Positions 55,301 through 64,000 of a stretch of 64,000 nucleotides of DNA are shown one piece after another. Source of the stretch: Geosiphon pyriformis uo1 (lineage: Eukaryota > Fungi > Glomeromycota); contig JAAOMT010000602.1 of the NCBI GenBank assembly GCA_016748015.1, positions 633,696-697,695 on the forward strand, given 5' to 3'. The position numbers and the translations under genes are program-made. How positions within the stretch are numbered: position 1 is the first letter of the stretch; each line of letters opens with the position of its first letter. A model generated the notes under the pieces. It worked only from the letters and a program-made list of their open reading frames with translations, did no database searches and was not told the origin of the DNA.

Positions 55301-56393
55301 GAGAAAAAACATTCACAAATATGTCGAATCTTGTGATAGTTGTCAAAGAAAAGGAGGAACTTGCTCTACAGAACCTTTAAACTCAATCAAAGTTGAACAG
55401 CCTTTTGACAGAATTGGTATCGATTTAGTCGGATCACTACCTATTACAAACCAAGAAAACCACTATATTGCAGTAGCCATAAACTATCTCACCAAATGGC
55501 CTGAAGCCAGAGCTATTCAACGGGCAGATGCAAAATCAGTAGCAAACTTCATCTATGAAGACATTATTTGTAGACATGGATGCCCAATAGAACTTTTATC
55601 TGATCAAGGAACACATTTCATGAACAATTTAATCCAGGAAATTTGTGGACAATTTAATATCAAAAGACCATTATCTTCACCCTACCATTCACAAACAAAT
55701 AGACTGGTAGAATGGTTCAACAGAACATTGTGTGAATCATTAGCCAAAGTTTCAACCGATTTTGAGCAAGAATGGGATCTCTTTATTTCATCAGTGTTAC
55801 TAGTGTATAGGACACTAAAACAAAATACCACAAAACACACACCATTTGATTTAACTTACGGAAGGATGGCAACGATACCAATTAGTTTCACAGTGGAAAC
55901 ATACCCAGCACAACCAATCGATGAAAACAATTTTCAAGAAATGCTTCAACAAAGAGCCTACACTCTGCTTAGCATATTGGAAGGAAAACGACAAATAGCA
56001 GCCACTCATATTGAACACTCTCAAGCTCAACAAAAAAAACGGCATGATAACAAATTGCCTCCAGTCACCAATGAATTTAAAATTGGAAACAAAGTTCTCT
56101 TACACAAAACTAAAGCTGAAAAACAATGGAGTAGAAAATTTGAAAATAAATGGGATGGACCATTCTTTATCCATGAAGTTTTAGGCAACGGATCATACAA
56201 GCTAAGACTTGATGACAAAATTCTAGCAAAAGTTGCACATAGAGATTGTTTGAAACACTATAATTCCAGAAACAATCCTGAACTATTAATTCCACAAATT
56301 GGTACACATTCCCCTTTAATCAATCCCAAAGACATTCCCCGAAATTTAGAACCAATAGTTGTCATTAAACAGCCTCCCAACTTGAACACTTAA
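49332..56393 (+). pseudogene. gag-pol polyprotein of Gypsy element 2 in a single reading frame
   Basis: ORF pieces at 49332, 50064, 51075, 51816, 52578, 53757, 55218 share one frame; capsid, CHYCEISGHWKRDC, LILDSRS, dUTPase AGYDL/RSSL/GIIDAGYTG/IAQ/RGIQGFGS, RT SPWASPVVLV..YFDN, RNase H LATDA, integrase IGID/SDQG/LVE, WDGPF. Confidence 0.95.
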
Positions 56394-56514
56394 TTTAAAT
56401 TTATTATTATAGTTATTTTCTTATAATTTAGAAACAATCTCACAAAAACAAAACAAAAATAACATAAAAACCCATGCACCAAAAATAATTTTCTTTTATT
56501 TCAAATTGCTTATA

Positions 56515-57234
56515 ATGACTATTCCTCAAAACATTTAACAATTATCCCAAAAACTAATGTTAGCTTTAAAAACAATACCCGAAATATCTATTACTGTTAT
56601 TGGAAACCACATTAATTATACCCAAACAGAAGTAGTTACAAATTTAGCCCCAAATTCACGAAAATATCACCCGTACAAAAAGAACACAAGAAGTTATACT
56701 GGAATTCACCTGCCAGAACTTTTAAAGCTTGCTTTAAGAAAAAATCTAATGCTCACTCCAATTAGTATTCCACCAAATGCTACAATTCAACAAAGGCTTC
56801 AACTGTGTCTCAATGAGGAAAACACTGAATATCCTCCAATCTATAGATATTTTTACATTAGAAAAACACTCTATGAATGGAAACTGGAACTTACAACAGC
56901 AAATCTCACAAAAGAAGCTATTCAGAAACAACTCCACAATGAATTCAAGACAACAGCTGGATTAACAAACAGTTGCTACAGGCTCAGAGCTGCTCTTAGA
57001 CTTTATGACCTATTCCACACCTGTGAAAACATACTACAAAACCCAATTTTTCAACCTTTGAAAATTCAATACATTGAAAAGCTCACAGAACTGAAATTTC
57101 AACAATTTTCAGACCAAATTTCTTCAATAATTTTGGATTATTATCTGGAAATAACAAACAGTACTTGGACTTTGATGGAGCTCAGTCTTGAGGAGGAGGT
57201 TATGTTATCAGACAAAATTAGAGATATCATTTAG
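56515..57234 (+). CDS. Extra sense ORF3 of Gypsy element 2, unknown function
   Basis: 225-aa open frame 56557-57234 between integrase and 3' LTR, reading through the PPT; in-frame ATG at 56515 separated by a single TAA (likely CAA). Confidence 0.65.
57190..57199 (+). other. Polypurine tract GAGGAGGAGG
   Basis: 3 nt upstream of the 3' LTR. Confidence 0.85.
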
Positions 57235-58185
57235 CATGAAACTATCTTATAATTCCTATCATTAATTAGCATATATTATCATTTCAAATTATCACTCATT
57301 ACATTAGCAAAAATGTTCGAAATTATTATTTAATTAATAACCCAAATTGTACACAACACAAATATAACCTAATTGCGATGATCAATCATGCAATATCCCG
57401 AACTATGTAATATTCAAAAGTTTGCTGAAATTTATAGAAATTTGCCAAAATAATTGATAGTTCACCGAAATATCTAATAGTTCACAGAAATAACTTGTAA
57501 TTTGCTGAAATGTATCTTTAGTTCAGCGAAATTGTAGAAAATAGCAAAGTTCAAGTTCATAGAATAGTGTTATGACAAGTTGTATAAAAGAAGAGCTTCT
57601 CTCTTTGAAAAAATATATCTTACTTTAGATTTATCACTTAGAACCATTCCTACACACACAAAAAAAATAAATATCAAATAATTCGAAAAACCAAATTCTT
57701 TAATTATTACACTTGAAAAATCCCCAAAACTCAACTAACGTTTTAAAATTGATTAGCTACCAATTTCAATAAACTGTTAGTGACTCCAGGCCTGGATTGA
57801 AAACGTTTTTCTTGATAAAATCTTATTTCTTTTACATTTCTTTTATTTTTATTTTTCTTTTCTTATTACAATCATTAGGGTAGCCTACAGACAAGATTCC
57901 TGTAGAAGAGTTGACTTTCACAGCAAAGTAACTACACATATTTTTAGTGAGCTTCCAGACAAGCAATTCCTGGGAAAGAGTTGACATTTACTACAATGTA
58001 ACTACATAAAGTAACTGGCAAGGAATTGGCCATTCCACTTATAAGCCCAGCAGTTCAAATTATAGGAAATAATTTGAAGATAAAATTCAGTTACTGGAGA
58101 TTCAACTACTTCTTAGAAACGTGAATTCACAACAAAATTAACATTAACAACATTTGAGAAAAGAGACCAAAAACCTCCAATAACA
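57203..58185 (+). repeat. 3' LTR of Gypsy element 2
   Basis: Direct repeat of 48304-49286; followed by TSD CCTC. Confidence 0.98.
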
Positions 58186-60317
58186 CCTCATTCTCCTGAT
58201 TCTGGTCATCATTCCCAGTTTCCTTTGGTTACATTTAACTCTCAAGGCAATTTGGATTCTGCTGTAATCAAGACTGGTACTCTAAGAAAATGCTGTATCT
58301 GGTGGGAAACTCCTGGCTGTTGGCACTGCTTTAAGTGTCAAGAAATAGGCCATCTGGATTGTAAGATTTCTCTACCTCCCACTTCCAAGGTTCTCAAGAT
58401 TTTCAAGTCTCATTTTGTGGGTTCTGTTTTATATGCCAAGACTGCTGCTCCTTCTGAGTTTCCTTCTTTAGTGACTTCTTCAGCTGCTTTTGTTGCTGAT
58501 CCTGCTGTTAGTTTCAGATTAGACTCTTTGGAAAAGCAGATTTCGGATTTGGCTGCTCTGGTTAGGTCTATTGCTGAGCCTGTTGGTTCTTTGGTTGCTT
58601 TGGTGTCTCGTCTTCTTGATGATAATGCTGTTAAGGCTATTCAGATCAAGAAAGATATCATTTCTATAAAGAGTGCTGCTAACAATTTCTCTAATCTCAT
58701 GGTCAGAGTTTTCAAGGACATTGTTTGTCTTAGATCTGAGGTTGACTTTGGTAATATGGATTATGATGGTATGCTGGCTGTTAAGCCTTCTTTTTTAAGT
58801 GAGGATACTATTGAGCATGTTATCGCTTTGTGGTAGATGTCTGGTGCTGAGACCAGGGACAATATTGAGTTTACTTGATTGTTTCTTAGTAAGTTTATTT
58901 TTGATTCTAGAAATTTGAATGGTATTATTGAGAGAATTTATGGGTTGGAGTTATTCTCACCTACTTTTGATTCAGCGTAGTGAGTCCTTGATTGAGCCAA
59001 GTGTCTGATCACGTGTAGAAAATGCATGATGTATGCCTATAATGTAATCCCTTCTGTGGTATCATAGTTTTAGGTAGTATGTGGGTCTCACTCATTAAAT
59101 AAAATAAAATAAAATAAAAAAATATATTAAATATTTAAAAGTTGACTTTTTTAAAAAAACAAGTTTAATATTACTTATCTTATTATTATTTATTTAATCA
59201 AAATTAAATTTAGTCTTAAGATAAACAAAATTTATAAAATTTTTTTTAAAAATACCAATAAAACTAAAAATAATATAACTATATTAGCTTTCAATTAAAC
59301 TGTTTTTTAATTACATTCAGTCAAAAAAAAAAAATTAAAGTAATTAAAATATTAATTAGTTTAATAATAAACTTAATTAATATAATCAAATTAGAAACTT
59401 AATCTAGAACTAACCACAAAATTAACAATAGCAATAACCAAAAATAGTATAACAAAGATGTTAATAGTATAAAAATCTTGACATATAATTTAATATTAAC
59501 AAAAAAAAATAAAACTTCTAAATTCAATTATAAATTTAATAAAAATCTTAAACAAAAAAAATAAAAATATTTTATAATTTATAACCAAATAATTTAAATC
59601 TTAATATTTGTAATAATAATAATATTCAAAGATTTTTTATTAAACACAATATTTACACAAAGTATTAATTTTTAAAATAACAAGATTTAAAAACTTTAAA
59701 GACTTAAAAATTACAATAATAAAATATTAATAATAATAAAAATTAGTAAAATAAAAAATAAAACAAGTTTAACTATTAACTTAAAAAATTAAATTACTAA
59801 TTTTAAAGATTATATAGCCAAAAAAATTAATTAACTTGGTTTTAAAAATATTTTTTAAAATAATAGCTTTTTTAATTAAGCAAAAAAAATTTAATAATAT
59901 TTTTCTTAACTTAAACAAACCAATTATTAAATACAATAGTAATAATAAAAGTTTTTAAAATAAATAACAATATTATTACAAATTAATAGATTTTAATTTA
60001 ATAAAAGCAGTTTTATTAAAAATATCTAAATATTTTTAATATTATTAAAAGATATATTAAAAAAAATATTACAAAATACAATAAAAAAAAGAAGCAAAAA
60101 TTATTACAAAAAACTTTGTAATCTTAATAATAATTAAAAACACAAAATTATTAACAATAATTTTAATAACTATTATTTATAAAATAATTAAAAAATAAGT
60201 AGTAATAAAAATACAGCATAAATTAATTAATAATATAATAAAAATTATTAAAATATATAATATTAAAATTTAATAATAACTCAAAAAAAATATAGAAATC
60301 TTATATTACAAAAAAAA

Positions 60318-60452
60318 TTTTTTTTTATTAAGTTTTACAAGTATAGTCCAACTACTATTTAGTATTTTAAAACAAATTAAGTGTTTTAAACTAAGTATAG
60401 TTTACATATTTTTTACATATAACCAACTACTTAAACCAATTTAGACTATGTT
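60318..60452 (-). repeat. Decayed LINE-type 3' tail
   Basis: Minus strand GTTGGTTATATGTAAAAAATATGTAA..CTTAG..CTAAATAGTAGTTGGACTATACTT..poly-A. Confidence 0.65.
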
Positions 60453-60612
60453 ATATTGCTACAATAAAAATAAATTTACCCAAAACTAACATTCTTTGAA
60501 TTACATCAAATAATTTAATACTATAAAAAATTAATCCAATTAGCTATTTAACTGTTTTTAAAGAATCAGTTTTAATATTATTAGGCTTATATATCTAAAA
60601 AAAACATCAAAT

Positions 60613-61164
60613 TTTTTTTTATTATGCATTTTATGAGTGAAGTCCAACTGTTATCTAGTATATAGAATCAGACTAAATAGAACAAACTAAATACAGCTCA
60701 TGTATTGACTATATGTGCCAGCCACTCGGGCCAGACAAGGCAACACTACATATCTATACTAATAAAAGTATCACCACCTAAACCAAAATAAAAATGACAT
60801 AATTTGCATCTACCAAAATTGACAACAAAAGCTTCCACAATACCAAGCATATAAACAACTTCATCCAACAACAAAAATACCAAACAATAAGACAAGCTTG
60901 AGACCATATCCTTGTTTTTAACCAAACCAGCCTTTTCTATATCCACCCTATGCTTGGCTTTAACAAGCAGATTTTAGTATGATGTAATTCAACCACAAAT
61001 CTAACATAATTAACAAGAACCAAATTAGCCTTCTTCTTCCCTTCAAAGATCAGAGCAGCTTCAGTCTGCCAATCCCTTAATACAAAACCTTTGCATATAG
61101 TAGTATACAAATTCATATTCAAAAAACATACCAATAGTAAATGTAAAACAGCCGACATAGGCAG
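60613..61164 (-). mobile_element. LINE 3' end (ORF2 C-terminus + tail), interrupted by Gypsy element 3
   Basis: LYTTICKGFVLRDW..; LGIVEAFVVNFG..; well-preserved tail 60748-60621; poly-T on + at 60613-60620. Confidence 0.85.
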
Positions 61165-64000
61165 TGTTACGGTTTAAGAATTTAGCAAAAAGAATCATAA
61201 AAATAATACAAACTATTCAATCATAATATAGCACAGTAATAATCTTAGAAAGGTAATGATTAATATAGTAGCAAACACCATCTCGCGATAGTGGCAAGCA
61301 CCAGTTCACAATAGCAGCCAACACCAACTGGTAATAGCAGCAAACACCAGGTTGAAATATCAAAAAGAAAGTATTTTCTCGTAGAACTACAAACATGTAT
61401 ATATACAGTAGTTTTAATATTGGGAAATAAAAAAGAAAATCAAGTAATAAAAATCATAACTTATCAAGCAACAGATCCAATTTTATCCAACAAACTCCAC
61501 TTTAAATCATACTTTCAAATTAAATATCCCAAGAAACCTTTAAAAATCAAAAAAAAATGAAAAAAAATATTTAAAACGGAACTATCACAACCCAAAGTAT
61601 TAAGAAACTTACTTGTATTATTTATTGAATAAAACTATCATTCATTAACTGAATCCCTTGGAAGAATAATCCTTGATCAAGATTATTCATGTTGTTACTA
61701 ATTGATAAAAGCTTTATTGTGAGAATTAGAAAAGCGCTAAAGACTATTAACATTTTGTGTTTCTAGATTAGAGAAACACATCAGGCAATTGCAAGGATAG
61801 CCTCAGAGAAGACCCCAGACAGTGGGTAAATTTCAGTTCAGCCTCTGAGAAGAAGTACATAAACACACACAACAATCAAGAATTAAAGAATAACTTACAT
61901 CGCAACAGTAAAAAGAAAGCCTTCAGTGTAACAGTGACATTATCACACAAATAGAATTGAGGAACTCACGAAAGACTGATTGCAATTAAAGCGGGATATC
62001 AGCAATTAAATATAACAAGAAAACCATCCTGTAACATTTGGTGAACCCTACGAGGAAAGAAAATCAAAAAGGAAATAATAATTAGCAATAATTCATTGCT
62101 AAAAAGGAAAAGACAAAAGTGGCGACAAAAACCCCTAATCTTACTGTTCTTGAATTCTGCTGTGCTATTTACACACAAAATTAGAGTGATCTTGGATTAC
62201 CAGAAGGGTGTTGTCCAGTAGAATCTGCCCTTACTTATTATATCAACGCCAGAATAAATTATCATATAGGAAAGGAAGAAGAACCACACGACGCAAAACT
62301 TGGATTGTATAGAGAATTATCACAATACACTACAAAAGAAGTAGCAGTAATAGCCGCAACTATTGTCAAAATCCATCGAGAAATTGAGCAATATGCCAAC
62401 AAAAATTTTCCAATATCCACAGGAAACACTAGGGAACGTGCCAACAAAACCAAAGAAAATTTAGAAACTAATCAGGAAAGTAACCAGCAAAAACTAGGAA
62501 CACCAGCTCAAACGCCAAAGAAAACTGTCACTCAATCAATAAAAAAACAACGTATTTATTTACCAGAAGATAAATCATACCATTTTTCACCAGAAAATAA
62601 GATACAAATTCCATTAGGAGCTGCATCATCATCAACATCAACTCCACAAATGCCAAGAACTCCTAATTATATTGATAAAATTAAACAACATAACTGGGGA
62701 GACATACCAATTACAGGAGGATATTCATCACTATTTCAAAACTCTCTTTTTCAGCCAAAATTTAGAACGGGGTTTGAAAACCGTGAAGAGGAGTCTGAAT
62801 CGGAATCCAAAAAAGAGACCAGTGAAAAAACAATCACAAGACCAGTCACTAGAACAAGCAGCCAGTCCAGAAACCAAGAAACTCGTGATCAAGAGGAAGA
62901 ACCGGATATAAGGGAAGCCACCTTTAGGAACGCTCAAGGAAATATCATCCCACCTCCTCTTAGACCAATAAACCCACCAGCAGAAAACGGCAACAAAATG
63001 ACCACACCATACATTGCAAGACTAACAGATTTCTCAGGAGAGGAAGAAGAAACGGACGTGTACACATGGCTCAGAGAAGCACAAAAAGTCATCCAGGCAA
63101 ATAACTGAAATGACCAAAGAGCAATTCAAACATTACCTTTCTTCCTGAAAGGCACAGCCGACTCGTGGTATCAAAGCCTGGAAACAAAACCCACGAGCTT
63201 CGCTGAATTTAAAAATGCACTCCTGGAGTATTTTAGCGACCCAAATGCCGTAATCCAACTACAGAACGAATTCAATACTATCAAGCAAAATACTGGTGAA
63301 ACTGTCACCCAATACCTTGCTCGATTCAATCGAATTCGCCGTCAGATTGAAGCGATTGAACAAGGATACTACACTGATCCTCAGGTTTTAAATCAGTTTA
63401 TTAGAGGATTAAAAAGCAGCATTTTAGGAAGAGTACGCCCTGCCCACCCTAATTCCTTACCAGAAGCCGTTACGCTCGCCAGAGCCCTTGAATCGGCTGA
63501 GAAAGAAGCTAATCATAGTCAAATGGTTAACATGGTAATAAAGGAAAATAAGACAGAAACATTAGAGAAAAGAGTAACGCGATTAGGGGAGGAACTCTCT
63601 AAGAAAATAGAAAGTTATCTCATCCCAGATCCGAGAAAAAATACATACCAACCACCCCAAAGACGCAGCCAAGAAGTCAGCGACAGTCGAAATAATCGCT
63701 CATTGCGCCAGGAATTCAGAACAGAAACACACACCTGCCATTTTTGCAAACACATAGGACATTTAATTAGTCAATGTCGAATGCGAATGATGCAGGAAGC
63801 ACGCGAAAATAATTACTACGCGCCACCCCAAATGTCCAGAAACCAGTACACGCCAATACCACGCCAATATCTCACCACGTATCAAAATCAAGGAGCTTAC
63901 CAACAACAGTCCATGATAGCCAACCCGAATTGGCGTCCTGAAGCCCGAAATCAGCCCATGTAGAACCAGAACGCGTTGGTCCAGAGGAATCCAAACCGCG
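61165..64000 (+). mobile_element. Gypsy element 3: 5' LTR (61165-62036), PBS and gag; runs off the window
   Basis: TGTTAC...GTAACA, PBS tt-TGGTGAACCCTACGAGG (62037-62055; tRNA-Trp-like by inference), capsid MTTPYIARLTDFSGEE.., knuckle CHFCKHIGHLISQC ~63736; retains many CpGs. Confidence 0.92.
61265..61349 (+). repeat. Four 23-bp-period U3 repeats (ATAGCAGCAAACACCA)
   Basis: Read directly within the element 3 LTR. Confidence 0.8.

Larger units (their letters stand above)
48304..58185 (+). mobile_element. Gypsy element 2: full-length Ty3/Gypsy LTR retrotransposon (9882 bp), inactivated by nonsense transitions
   Basis: 983-bp LTRs, TSD CCTC (48300-48303, 58186-58189), PBS, PPT, order gag-PR-dUTPase-RT-RH-IN. 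Confidence 0.98.
46961..59122 (+). mobile_element. ORF1-only LINE derivative (46961-48303 + 58190-59122) interrupted by Gypsy element 2
   Basis: Removing the Gypsy and one TSD restores the frame (..QTCFIP|HSPDSGHHSQFPLVTF..); RRM-like segment, CFKCQEIGHLDC knuckle remnant, coiled coil; stop 58980 immediately followed by the LINE tail and (AAAAT)n. Confidence 0.85.

Noticed and set aside
56270-56393. Chromodomain at the integrase C-terminus
   Set aside because: Short Pro-rich tail lacking the Y.V..I / YLVKW pattern
56557-57234. ORF3 as a retroviral env
   Set aside because: No signal peptide, furin site/fusion peptide or transmembrane segment visible

Overview
Eukaryotic, intron-rich fungal DNA. 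Gene style and transposon repertoire suggest an early-diverging fungus, most likely Glomeromycota (inference, not verified). A compact island (~10.0-34.6 kb) holds 8 spliced genes: coatomer gamma (SEC21/COPG), an unknown protein, syntaxin-5 (SED5), CWC25, METTL5, casein kinase I (HRR25-like), mitochondrial acyl carrier protein and SMC6. Both flanks are nested retrotransposon blocks eroded by C>T/G>A transitions. They contain three divergent Ty3/Gypsy elements (one full length: 983-bp LTRs, CCTC TSD, single gag-pol frame with a Cys-rich domain, dUTPase and an extra ORF3), RNase H-bearing LINEs, and ORF1-only LINE derivatives sharing a structured 3' tail. The most striking signal: all three Gypsy families appear to begin gag-pol at AAA-GTG rather than ATG. 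A conserved ATG at the capsid start follows, and in the two better-preserved elements the stretch between is nearly AUG-free. The LTR leader also carries a tandem RNA motif with compensatory base changes. All alignments and counts were done by eye.
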